A DNA stretch of 64,000 bases, from assembly GCF_009914755.1 (NCBI RefSeq), contig NC_060930.1, one strand, 5' to 3'. The translations under genes were made by a program, and so were the position numbers. Origin of the DNA: the human T2T-CHM13v2.0 reference genome, Homo sapiens. The first letter of the stretch is position 1. The number at the start of each line of letters is the position of its first letter. Positions 13,256-28,692 of this stretch are shown piece after piece. The notes beneath the pieces are model-generated. The model was given only the letters and a program-made list of their open reading frames with translations, did not search any database and was not told the DNA's origin.

Positions 13256-13921
13256 GTAAACCAATGGGAAGTTGAGACAGTGATGGATAACAATATTTGA
13301 CTATTTTGGCCAGTTTTCATTGTGAAGAGTGACTCCAATTTCAAAATTCAAATTTGCCTTCAAAATTTTTCTACATTTTATTTTTGTGGCTAATGTTACT
13401 CAAATGAAATGCATTCCTAGATAGCACAGGGAATCAAAGAAAGGATTATTTTTCCTATAATCGCTAACATAAAGCAACTGAATTTTTGTTATATTTCACC
13501 AAGGACATTTACCCACAGTATGCCTGCCATCATATAATACTAACAATCTCTTAAAACTTACTCTTATAATCAAAATACCAAAAACTCTATTTCCAGAATT
13601 AATGTTTCCAAAAGAATTGCAGTTGTCCTATTTTCTTTCATGATAATGCTATACAAATAAGAAAAAGAAAAGAGATGTTTTACAAATAAATATCATAAAA
13701 AATTCCATGAAACTAAATTTTTCAGATATTCAAGTAAAAATTAAAGTAGCATTTGTCTAACTACAAAACAACATTTTTCTGTACATTAATGATAAACAAT
13801 GTATTATCATGTGTATATTTACATAACAGATTAAGATTCATGTCATTTGTTTATAATAAGTTGGATGAGAGTTCAGTTAATAATAGCAGATTTCACATTC
13901 ATTCGTTATTTCATTTACCCC

Positions 13922-14271
13922 ATATTTCTGTCCCAGCTCAAATCTTACGTCAAGTTATAATCACCAATGTTGGAGGACAGGCCTGGTGGGGAGGTGACTG
14001 GGTCATGGGGGCAGATTTCCCCCTTGCTGTTCTCGTGATAGTGGGTGAGTTCTCATGAGATCTGGTTGTTTAAAAGTGTGTAGCACCTCCCCCTTCTCTT
14101 TCTTTTCCTCCTGCTCCAGCTATGTAGCACCGTGATTATAAGTTTCCTGAGGCCTCCCTAACCATATTTCCTGTACAGCCTGTGGAACCATGAGCCAATT
14201 AAATCTCTTTTCTTTATAAATTACCCAGTCTTACGTAGTTCTTTACAGCAATGCAAGGATGGACTCATACA
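13922..14271 (+). mobile_element. MaLR solo LTR (MSTA-like)
   Basis: gggggcagatttcccccttgctgttctcgtgatagtg..gagatctggttgtttaaaagtgtgtagcacc..ttataaattacccagtc..taca. Confidence 0.9.
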
Positions 14272-14599
14272 AGTATCCTTCGAATTACACAAACATTAGG
14301 TGCTTACCTACATGAAACACTGCTGGACCTCTGTGGGATGCACAGGTGAACAAGGAACTTATCCTGTAAGACCTTACCAGTTAACAAGGGTGACAAAAGG
14401 CAGAATCTGGTTTATCCTGATGATGGTTATAATCCTTATCTTACCAAAGAGCAACACGGATTACTTCTGGGTGGGAACAATAGGAAACATTTGAGTTAGG
14501 AGTAGAAAGACACTCCCAAAAGAATGCAACTGTGAAATAAGGTGCATGACTGCTGGGGGGAGATATTTGAGTAGGTGGCTTTTTGCAGTCCTTTAAGAA

Positions 14600-14830
14600 C
14601 AATAACAATAAATACCCATTTGTTGAGGGTCTATCATATATACCAAGTGCCCATATATGATCTAATTTTATATTCATAGTACTATCTGTACAAGAATTAT
14701 CTCCTTTTTATAGATGAAGAAACAAAGGTTCTGAAAAATCAAGTAGCTTCTCTAAGATCACCCAGATAGAAATGGAGAAGTCAGTGGCTGAACTCAGACG
14801 TTTTTGATGTTGAAACCAATGCTCTTCCCA
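14600..14830 (-). mobile_element. MIR
   Basis: ttttatagatgaagaaac..aagatcacccag..gaactcaga. Confidence 0.7.
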
Positions 14831-15334
14831 CTACATGACAATGAAATGAAGCAGCTTTCCCAAGGACTCAGAACGTACACACGCCTGATCGCTACATCTT
14901 CCTGGGCCCCTTATGTCACCATTCTTTCTTCCCCCAAAATGCCATTAGGATGTGTTGACAGCTAAGTTTTTATTTTGAAGGAGCCAGTGTGTCTTTCAAC
15001 AAATCAATTCCAGGAGAGTTTTGGAAATATGCTGTGGTAATATAATGGGATCTAAAAATTTCCAAGAGAGAATGAAGTTGTCAGAGGAGGCCCAGGGGCC
15101 TTCTGGTAAAACACATTTTCCTCATTGCTCATGTCTAAACTTTCTGTCTTCTCTCTCTGCTACTCAGGGGCCAGACTGAGTCAACCCTCGGTGGTTTTAA
15201 GCATCACGTATATTTCTATCTGTCACCATTCACTTTTCAACACTTGGCTTTATACTCTGACAATTTAGCCCAAGTCTTTGGGTGAAAAATGAGTAGAACT
15301 GTTTTCTTCATTTACCTCCTACCTTTTGTAGTAT

Positions 15335-15730
15335 TTTTTAAATTATAATTTATATACAGTAAAATACACAATTTCAAATTGGACAACTCAATGACATTTC
15401 ACATATGTACACATCTATGTGGCCAATGCGCAGATCAAAATATAGAACTTACTCATCACCCTAGAAAGTTTCCTCAAGGACCATTCACTCAATAACTACA
15501 CCCCCACCAGCAGCAATTGCTGATACTCTGACTTCTAATCCTGTACATTGGTTTGTCTATTGACCATAGATTGGTTTGCCTATTCCTCAAATTTATTTGG
15601 TGGATTGATACAACATGTACTCTTTTGGGTCTAGCTGCTTTTGTTCATTGTTTGTGCGTTCCACTCACGTTGTTGCAGGTATAGCAATAAGCAGTCTCTT
15701 TTTTACTACTGAATATCATTCTGTTGTACT
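15335..15730 (-). mobile_element. Old L1ME/L1MC 3' fragment
   Basis: tataatttatatacagtaaaatacac..cagatcaaaatatagaac..ctagaaagtttcctc. Confidence 0.7.
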
Positions 15731-16724
15731 AAAAGCTACTTTATGTGAAATAGTACTGAGAAATTATTTGGCTCTACCTTGTCAATATTTAAACTCATCT
15801 CTTATATTCTTTGTAGCATATCACAAATTTACATACCACAATCCAAACACACAAGAAGCATAGCTTTCTTTATTATAAGCCCTCTCGTTCCTACTTTCAA
15901 TGATAGCAGAAGAAAAACACATTAAAAAATAAAAAGTAGTTCAGTATGGTGTAAAACAGTGTGTACTGGCCTAAGTTGATTTGGAATGAATATTAATCCC
16001 ACTCAAAATTCCACCTCCCAATGAGAGCTGTACCGCTCCTCTCAGAGTCATGCCTGAACGCAGAGGGAGGCATTCCTATACTCAGGGTAGCAGCAGATGG
16101 AGTTTCAGGCAAAAAACAATGTTCAGGTTTGTGCTGGTCTCCAGTGGGTGAGCCTCTATCCTCTGCGAGGATCTTGTCCCTCCTGGTCTCTTGGGTGTCA
16201 TGATGTCACTCGCTGTAGCACTCAGCAGTCCCTGCCACAGCCTCTTGCAGGAGGCCCCTGCACTCAGCAGTCTCCCCATCTCAACTCCAGGTCTATCCAG
16301 TTAACAGTCTACCACAACTTCTGCATTGCTTTTGGGTCCCAGGAACACTCAGCTGCCTTTGCTGCACCAAACTGAAGAATGATGCGCTCTGTCGGGCTGC
16401 CTTCTGGTCCATCTACTTAGTCACATTCCTCAGACATTCCCCAGACATTCCCGGCAGCCCTATACTCAGCACCATATTGAATTCATGGCTTCCCTCTGTG
16501 GCTTGGGAGTCTCCTGTGAAACACCTGAGAAGCCATGCCTAAGACCCACACCAGGAATCCCCCAACCTTTCTGGGTGTTCCTACTGGCCCTTTCCCACCC
16601 CCTCACCGGGATTCAACTCTCACAAGGGAATCAAGTCATTCCTGTCTGATCTCCTTGCCCTGGTCTTCTATTATCCTTCCTGCATGCAATGGGTCTTACC
16701 AAAAGTCATTTTATCCAGCCTTCA

Positions 16725-16950
16725 AACAATACAGTTTACAGAAGTGTTCTCCTATTGGGCTGCACATTAGAATCACCTAGGAAGCATTTAAAAAAAAAAA
16801 AAAAAAAAAAGCAAAGCAGTATTACCTGAACTACATCTCAGACCAGATAATTGAATCAGAGTCTCTAGAAGTAAGGCCTGAGCATTAGTATTTTCTAAGC
16901 CTCCCCAAGTAATTCTGATACACAACCAGGGTCAGAACCCACTCATTGCA
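16725..16950. mobile_element. MER5A/B hAT-Charlie MITE with internal poly-A
   Basis: ggctgcacattagaatcacctaggaagc...gaatcagagtctct..ctccccaagtaattctgat. Confidence 0.75.
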
Positions 16951-19900
16951 ATTAAACTCTGATTTGAATCAGGCTGACTCTTGATGAGTAAAGGGAAGCT
17001 TTTGGGATTTAGAAAATCTCTTTCTGATGATAAGACATTGTATTACTAAAGATTCAAGAATGTCAGCTCTGAGAACCAAAACCAAAAAATAACTTCTCTG
17101 CTCTGGAGTAGGAGTATCTATTATTTTTCAGAAATAACAAAACCCATTGATTCTATGTACAGGTAGCTGAGAAGTATTATAAGTTAAAGAAATTTAAAAA
17201 CATATCAATTTAATATTTAAAAAATATTATCATTTCATATTCTATTTTGTGCATTCATTTATGCACTCACTATGGCTCACATTACTACATACAGGAGTAG
17301 GCAGGACCAGCATATACAGAGGAGGAATACGCAGTCACATGATTGTTGTGATTGGAGCAGCAAGAGAGGGCCCTCTTCATTCATTCATTTATTGAACAAA
17401 TATGTCGTTTCTGAGTACTTACATGGGGCCATGTGCTTTAGCATGTAGGAAGGGCACAATGGAGAAATCTGCTTTCTTCCCTTAAGAAGCTAAGAGTCCA
17501 GAGAGGGAGGTGATCATATTGAAGTAGAGACATAAGGGCACATAGCTGTGGCTCGGTGAGTTGAGAAAGGATTTTCAGTGAAGTGAAAATTCCAGGATAT
17601 GTGGGGACCAACTCAGGGCACACCTCTGAATTGCCCTTTCCTCTTTTTCATTTCACTTTCTCCATTACCCCAACTTTTGTCCCCTGGAAACACTTTCCAC
17701 ATAAGCTACTGCACAGGAGTCTTAGGGGAAACACAGGCTCAGCTCCACCTGGCCATCAACTGAAATTTTTCCAGCAGAGGTAAGATTTCTGGTAAAATGA
17801 GAATAAGGAGGGAGAGGTTCTTCTGTAGCATGGGAAGGTGGCTGGGAAGAATTCTAGGACAACAAAAGAGGCCAAGGGGAGACGACAACTTGCTGGGAGA
17901 CCAGAAAGAGCCAATAACAGAAGTCAACAAAGAATCCTGGTCCAAAAGGTGAGGGGAGGAAGGGGAAGCAAATTTTTCTGCTTTTCTGTTCAAGCTGGGG
18001 CCAGCCTCTCTCAGAACACTGGGATTAGATAACAGGGCAATTGTCCTCCTTTGTGAAGACAGGAAGTGGGATCTTTCCCAATCCTATATAAGTGGACTTT
18101 CTTGTTTTAGCCAGAATGTATCATTAGAATCCTCACATCATTTATCTTTGAAATTGAAAAAGCAAAGGGGATAGGTGTATCCACTTAATTTGCAGCAGAT
18201 GGACCAAGATGGGGTAAAAATTCAATGTGAAAGTTTAGACAGGTTAAACTGAGTGATGAAGATGCTAAACATGTCTCTGTCACTTAGGACAGAACACTGA
18301 CCTTCCTTTTAGAGTGTTCCTAAAGGGGAAAAATGTCCTTAAAGTGGAGAAAAGAGCAAAGAATAGCTTCTGAAGAAGAGAAATTTAAAATACCCTCTTT
18401 CTGGCCTTGGCTAGGGCACTAGGAAAATGAACCTTGAAAATAATCCACTGCACTGATAAAATAAATTTAGTGAGACGGGAAATTTATGGTTGGACAACTT
18501 AATACTGAACAACCCAAATGAAGTAAAACGGATTGAGGTAAGAAATGAAACCACATTTCTTTTAATTGTATGTTTTTAATAAAGAAAGCTTGGCTAAACC
18601 ATAAAGACCCGCCCCCCTGAAAAAAAAAAAATTTAACCACATAGACTGAGATGTTGAGTCATCATAAATCAAAATAACTCTTAAAAAGCAAACTCAGAGT
18701 GCAAAGCCATAATTATCTGAAGTTGCATTCTTGCCAGAAAGTGGTTTTTGACCAAAAAAATGAAAGATGTTAAGAGCTATCACCAAAGTGGCAATAGATA
18801 TATCTCTACATGTTTAAATTCATTAAAATCACCAATCAGAAATAAAATAATTTAAAATTGCAGGACACTGATTTTTAATTTTTATTCTTAGAAATGTAAG
18901 AAGAGGCACAGCAATGAGTCAGAAGTGGTATAAAATGAACATGCCTGTCTTTTAAACTAACCCATCAAAATCATTTCTATTTCTTCTTTTACATTATTGC
19001 TTATACTTGTATTTAGGTTGCCTTACCTTCTGTTTTGTCATTTTAATGAAAGACCATTTTGTTGTCAAAAGAAAGCAAACAACCTAGAAATCTCCTCAAG
19101 TTGCCACTACTGGGAGTTTTATCATAAAGAATCCAAGGGCAGGAGGACAGCAGCCTGATGGGGGCCTGGGACATCATTAGGAACCAAGCAGGATTCTCTC
19201 TCCATCTCTCTTGGGGGCTGATGTGAACTCTGTTGGGATCCTGTCTGCATTCTGTTTTCCTTGTCTTTCTGTAGCAGACAGAGCAGTGCACTTCCCTTAC
19301 TAATTAGCCACCAACTCCCGAAAGTCTGCTCAAAATGGCAGCTTCTATGTCTGAATGCACATCAGCATGTTAGACTAGCCAATTCAGAACATGGCCCCCA
19401 GTCAAAATTATCAGAAGGAATCTAATTGACCAGCTAGGATTCAATATACACTTGCAGTCCACTCCAAACTGGGGAGCAGGGGCAAGTGTACTCAAGGTCA
19501 CATGGCCTGCCACTAACTTAGCAGGGTCAAGACTGCACAAGATGATGGCATGGGCAGGTGAAAAGGGTGATGTGAAGGAGCAACAGAGAGGATGATAGAG
19601 GATTGGTGACCTCTTAGGCACTTGTACTACATGGGAGGTTATAGGTTTTGGCCTCCAGAAGAATGTTAGCTGGGAGAAACAGGGAGGACAGGGCAGTGAT
19701 TATATCTTTTTCAATAGGTCCTTTTTTTCATCCCTCAAAAGCGTATTAAATATTGCTGCTCACAAAACAGACTTTAAGCAGTGTTTACTAAATGAATAAA
19801 CAAAAGGTAAACTAAAATACATTTCGGGGAAAATATACTCAACAAGAACACTGCTAACTTTTTAGTTAAGTTTGTTTTCTAGACCTTCCACAAGGGGCCT

Positions 19901-21151
19901 TGAGTGTTAGTAGCTCTCTCCTGGATGACTTGGGGATCTATTAATAGAAGAAGAAGATATAAGCATTGCCCGATGTGTACCAGAATTGTATTCTGAGACT
20001 CCCCACCAGTTGGGGCTACTTTCCATAAGTTAGTAACCTAGGGCCTTGGACTAGAGAAGAACAGCACAGAGCCAAGTTACAGCGTTAGTGCGAAATGCCC
20101 ACACCCTAGGACTCAGCCCATTCCTGCAGCAACCCAGCTACCAGAGGTCCCCGTTTCTGTCATGACAAATAAAGACACTTGCATAATGTAATATTAGCTT
20201 ATTGCTGAATATTTAAAACTTGGAAACATAATTTGCTGTAGTCAAGCTTTAAATGGCTATGGTGCTGGAGTCTGTCTCTCTAACATTTAGCAAATATTTG
20301 CTTCATGCCTACTCTGTGCCCGGCCTTCTGCCATGCATTAGAGACAGAGCCATGACAACTCAGGCATGAAGCTAACAACCTAGCAAGGACTCTAGGCTCT
20401 AAACAAATAATAAGCTGCCCACTTTGATGCAAAGAACCCATGCTTTGTATGACTTTAGCAGCACTGCTAAACTCTCTTTGGGTTCTTGGTTGTATTCTTT
20501 GAAGGCCACTGCCAAAGAAAGTGATACACTTAACAAATATTTTTGTAGTGCAATGAACAATGCTGAGAGGGATACAGAAAAGGGGGTCCCCATTGTGAAA
20601 AGAGTACGGGGAGGGGGAATTTCCGTTGTTTCCTTTCTCTTGTCTCTCCCAGCTTCTCCTAAGGGCAGGCCCTGTCACATGTAACTGCACACCAGCACAT
20701 GAAGCTAAAACTGTTAAGAAAATCCATCTTTCTGGACAGAGAACCAGTAAATGGGGGACCTGGGAGCTAGAGAGTATTGCTGAAATCTCAGAGAGGAGAG
20801 ACTTTGGAGAGGGGAATCCTAAATCTGCATGTGAACCAACCCAAGTCCTGGGATCAGCCCAAGCTGCACATGTGTATAATGCACCCAAAGAAGCAGAGCA
20901 AAGGCCTCAAGAACTGAACTGTGCAACATATTCCATGCTCACATCCCAAACTAATCCTGGGTGGCCAGAGGCAGGCCTCTTTGAAGTCTGTACTGACATT
21001 GGAACCACTGCTGGAAGAAGGTGAAATAGACCTTGCAGCCTAATGGGGCTGATTGCTTGATAAAACAAAAATAAAACAGACAAACAAAAATCAACATTCT
21101 CCAGATGATTTTAACAAGACATAGAGTCTTACAACATGATATGTTAAATGT

Positions 21152-21530
21152 CAGGGCTGCGACTAGTGTGAGGTAAATGAAGCACTCACTTTGGACACAA
21201 AATTTAAAAGATAGGGGGACCAAAAAACTCAGTAATCAATATAAAAGATATTTTAATGGCCAGGTGCAGTTGTACACACCTGTAGTCCCAGCTACTCAGG
21301 AGGCTGAGGCAGAAAGATCATTGGAGCTCAGGAGTTCAAGACAGCCTGGGAAACATAGTGAGACCTTATCTCAAAAAAGAAAACATATTTTACTGCATTA
21401 TTTTTTTAAAATCAAAATTGATGCAAAAAATCCATGATGAACAAAATATCACAATTTTAAATAAGGGCAGGATCACTATGAATTATTTTTCCTTTTTCCT
21501 CAGGCTCCATTATGGCTCAGCACAGCACTG
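21152..21530 (+). mobile_element. hAT DNA-transposon fossil (MER96B-like) interrupted by an Alu monomer
   Basis: cagggctgcgactagtgtgagg...caaaaaactcagtaatcaa...ctcaggctccattatggctcagcacagcactg. Confidence 0.65.
21258..21383 (+). mobile_element. Free Alu monomer (FLAM-type)
   Basis: ~125-bp single arm with A tail; degenerate TSD aaaagatattttaat / aaaacatattttact. Confidence 0.88.
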
Positions 21531-22029
21531 TTACTAATCCTGAAAGCCAGAACATAAGGGAGGCCCATGGTGTAGTCCACATAGTCGGTCTTGTGGACAA
21601 GTGGGAGAAGAATGGAGAGTAAATCTAGAGTGGCAAAGGAAGGTTTCCAGAACACCCAGAAAGACTCATGGTTCCCAGGCACCAAGTATCAAAAAGTCAA
21701 ATAGGTGTATGTCAGAAAATGGAGATCGGCTGGAACAGTTAAACTCCCTGGCTCCACGCAGCAAAACACCAGAGCTCCCAGGGAATCTGAATTCAGAGAA
21801 TGCAACTAAGGAAAAAAAAAAAGAAAAAATGCAGTTGAAGAAGGGGAGATTAAATGAAAATTTGTATAGTAAATCATGAGACAGTCACAAGCAAACTGTA
21901 ATCGCCTTCCTTCCTCCATTAAGTATACTAGCAGACAACTATTCAACTCTGACCTGCCTCCTATCCTCACTAGTATAATGGAGAATTTATTTTAGGAAGA
22001 ACTCAAGAGTCTTACAGAAAAGATCTTCA

Positions 22030-22900
<871 letters not shown>

Positions 22901-22959
22901 AGGTAAAACTTGGCTCTTCATCCAGTCATCCAATAGTTGTTTCCATATGGCTGTTTAGC

Positions 22960-25120
<2,161 letters not shown>

Positions 25121-25543
25121 TTTTCTCATCTTGTATGTTGCAATTTAAAAGAAAAAGAACTCATTACTCTCCTAAACATATATGCCCTCAACTGAGGCTC
25201 TGCCATCAAACTGAAGCTCCCAAAAAAGTGGAAGACTAGGATGCAGAAGCTGAGGAGGAAATGGATTCGGACCTTGCTGAAGCTGGGTTTTTCAATATTT
25301 CCTGAGATTCTTTATTTTGCCTAAGCTAGTTCTAATTAAATTTCTGTCATTCATTTGTAACCAATGTAATGTATTCAAGCACAATGCCAGTTTCTAAGGA
25401 CATAATAGAGACCAAGAACAGAATAATGAGTTCTGTGAAGGCAGTGAGCATAGGATGCCAGGCAGCTCATGGAAGAGGCACCCAAAAGGCTTTCCAGAAG
25501 AGATGCTATTTTGTAGGAGCTGAAGTACTATAAGGGGCTAGAC

Positions 25544-25730
25544 TGAGATGTCTCAATCTCAGCACTATTGACATTTTGGGCCTGATCATTCCTGGTTGGG
25601 GGCGGGGACAGAGAGGCAGTGATTGTCCTGTGAACTGCGACATATTTAGCAACATCCTTGGCCTCTACCCACTATATGTCAGGGGTACTCACTCCCCTCT
25701 GCCCCCCAAAGAGACAAAAAGATATTACTT
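25544..25730 (+). mobile_element. MER20 (hAT-Charlie), partial
   Basis: tctcaatctcagcactattgacattttgggcc...tttagcaacatccttggcctctacccacta. Confidence 0.85.
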
Positions 25731-26523
25731 CTACCCAATGTCTTCACATTAAAAACAGAGGGCTGAGTTGCATGAAATGTGGCCAACATAAAATAATGAC
25801 TGCCTTATGGAATAACAACATGATTTTCTCATAAAAGGTATCCTTTGTGGCCAGATGGTGACAACTTGCAGGCAGCTTAAATTCCTTAGGCAGTTCCTTG
25901 GCACACGCCTGGGAAAATTTGTTGACACATTCTTGTTTCGATAGGATGAATCTCTTAGCCACCATTTCCTGCTGTGAAGCACTTCTCTCTGAAGAAGCTT
26001 TTGGATCTTTGCTGAAAATAATTAAAATTTCTCCATGGAGGAGCCCTGCTGCCCAATTACAAAAATAACATCAAAAGTTCAGTCTCCACAATACTGAAGC
26101 AATCACAGCAGCTTCGATGATTTTGGTACAGGAGACAATGAAAAAAATGTTATGAAATGCATCTCTATTTGTTTTTCAGAAATCAAAACTAGAGGTCAGT
26201 TACATTTTATCAGTACTTTTACACATTCTTCAGTATTCTGTGCATTTTTTTTCTGGGCCCACTAAAGACAATATATATCATAAATTTACTTCTTTGTAAA
26301 TAGGATACATACCTAATACCAGGTCCCATGAACTGAAACAATCACTCCTCATTTCTTCTAATTGCTTAGAAAGGACTAACTCAAAGCAACCATTCCTCTT
26401 GCAAAGTCTGTTCTCTGTATTCTTAAATCTTCCTTTAGTGCTATAGTTTCACTGAATAATCCGTAAATTAGAGAAAACAGTATCTACCTCACAAGGTTAT
26501 AATGGAAATTAAAGAGTACCACA

Positions 26524-27457
26524 TCATACTTCACTGATTCAAAAAATTATGTCTCCCCATGTCTGACATCTCCAAAATGGAAGTGTATCTTACAATCTAC
26601 AGCATCTTACAATTGCCATCCGTAAGAGTGTAGCTGCATGTAGCTATCATCGCCTGTCCATGCACAAACTCGCTAACACTGGTAGCATGACTGGAACTCA
26701 ACTTCCAGTGGAGGTGAAAGAAATACACAAGACACTACACAATGTGTGAAAGTACGCATAAAATGTAAGTGGGCTCTGATTGTGATTTCTGAAAAACAAA
26801 TAAAGATGAATTCCATAACATTTTTCACCACATCCTGTACCAAAATCATCAAAGCTGCCATGATTGCTTCAGGATTGTGGAGATTGATCTGTTGATGTTA
26901 TTTTTGTAATTGGGCAGCAGGGCTCTGCCACGGAGAAATTTTAATTATCTTCAGCAATGACAGAAAACAATAACAAAGTTCTCAGAACCATTTGAGAAAG
27001 GAGTTTGGGTCCTGGTTATTCTCTGGAAACCTTCTGCTGACACCTCAAGAATGCTTCACGGCATGCCAAGCCTTGCAGAAGAGGTATCAGTGGCATGGGA
27101 GATAATAGGCATCTTCTAAAAAATGCTGTGCTACCCACAGAAGACAATACTGGTAGTGAAACAAGAACCTCAACAATTCTGAGTCAGAGTGATTCAGTGA
27201 AGATAGACTGAATGCAAAAAACGTTTAGAAATACCTCAATTTCTTCGTACTTACCTTTTTATACATGCACAAGAGTGATATCTGATAAAAGAATCAATGT
27301 CTAGCTAAGCCTAATACAGCTCTTTCAATATATATACAATGACATTCTATGTGATATTAAATCATTTAGCAATATTTCAGTTGCACTTTTTTTCTAAGGG
27401 GTATATAAAATGATGATGTGTCACTTTTGATACGGTTTTAGGTTTCAGGGAATGCAA
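26524..27457 (+). mobile_element. Tc2/Kanga-type DNA transposon inserted into a MIR, carrying an internal foreign segment (26703-26957)
   Basis: Left end catacttcactgattc..gtatcttacaatc..gcatcttacaattg; right part atgcacaagagtgatatctgataaaa..gctctttcaata..ataaaatgatgatgtgtc. MIR halves at ~26455-26520 and ~27458-27533. Confidence 0.7.
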
Positions 27458-28678
27458 TATAGAGAAGGCCAAGTGCAGTGGCTCACACCTAGTCCATTCT
27501 CAACGAGATGTAGATGTTCTTGCTGTTGTTGTTAGGACTTTTTAGTTGCCAAATCTGATTGAATCAAATCAAGCAACATTTGAAGATAATCTGAAATTTT
27601 AATATGTAAAAAAAAAACCCCAAACCAAGTTTGAGACAGACGATGTTATATTACAATTTGAACATAAATGTCCTCTCTAAACAATTGATTTCACGTCTGA
27701 ATTTGAATCTTCAAACGATGATTGCAAAGTGTAATTTGATTTATATCTTCCCTTCTCCTCTTTCCCTAGATCTCTTGTCTACATGGTAAAATTCAACAGC
27801 CTAAGGAGGCAGAAAGAGAAAGAAAAATAGAAATTAAAACAACTCCAACCCACTGGTATACACAATCCATAATTCAATTCTGTATGTTTTTAAGCTTCTA
27901 GCAGTTTTGATTAAATCTTGCTGGAATTTAAATTGTATCAGAAGAAAAGTTTAGCATTAAAATATGGAATTCTACCAAACATGTCCCCAAGTCAGGAGAG
28001 ATACTCAAAGAATATAAATTAAAGAAGAAAGAAAAAAGCCTAAAATCTCCAAATATTCTGGAAAAGTCACATTTATTAATATTTTAAATTGCATGAAAAT
28101 GCACGTTATGGTCAAATGGATAAATAGAGCTATAGGAATATGTGTAGAAGTTTTGTCTTATCCAACAGTATAATGTGGTGTATTTTCCCTTCCCAATGGT
28201 TAAAAAAAAAATTCCATTCAACAGATGTTTGGTTAAAGCTTGGCAATTTTTCTATTTTATCAATGTCACATTTTCTATCTATAATATATTGAATAATTTT
28301 TCTCAAAACTTTCATAGAATTTAGTAAGTATTTAAACTGACTATAATTCACTTCTAAAATATAATTTCATTGTCTAAAAGTTATCATAAAATACATCAGA
28401 TCATTCCACACCAAAATTACTCTGTGGAAGAATTTTTCTGATAATATTTTCTGAAAACAATTTCAAATATATGATAATTATATACTTATCCAGTAACCTT
28501 AACAAGAATGCTTCAAGTTAGACTGACACGGGATTACGATTTCCTGGAACTCTGCACCAGTCACTGGGCCCCGTGGGCTCTGTTTTGTCTCCTATAGTTT
28601 GGGGATTGGAACAGATTTCCAAGGCCCCTTCAAAATGAACTATGACTAAAACACCGTCTGTGTTGTTCAGATGATTAC

Positions 28679-28692
28679 CCACCAGAGGGCAC
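28679..28692 (+). promoter_or_regulatory. Candidate CTCF site
   Basis: ccaccagagggcac closely matches the CTCF core CCASYAGRKGGCRS, in non-repeat DNA. Confidence 0.6.

Noticed and set aside
20280-21024. Longest non-L1 ORFs (202 aa on minus, 132 aa on plus)
   Set aside because: No recognisable domain, mutually overlapping, and partly running into an L2 remnant; consistent with chance.
27467-27490. Apparent 24-bp Alu 5' end and a minus-strand splice donor
   Set aside because: Better explained as the diverged tail of the MIR split by the Kanga element.
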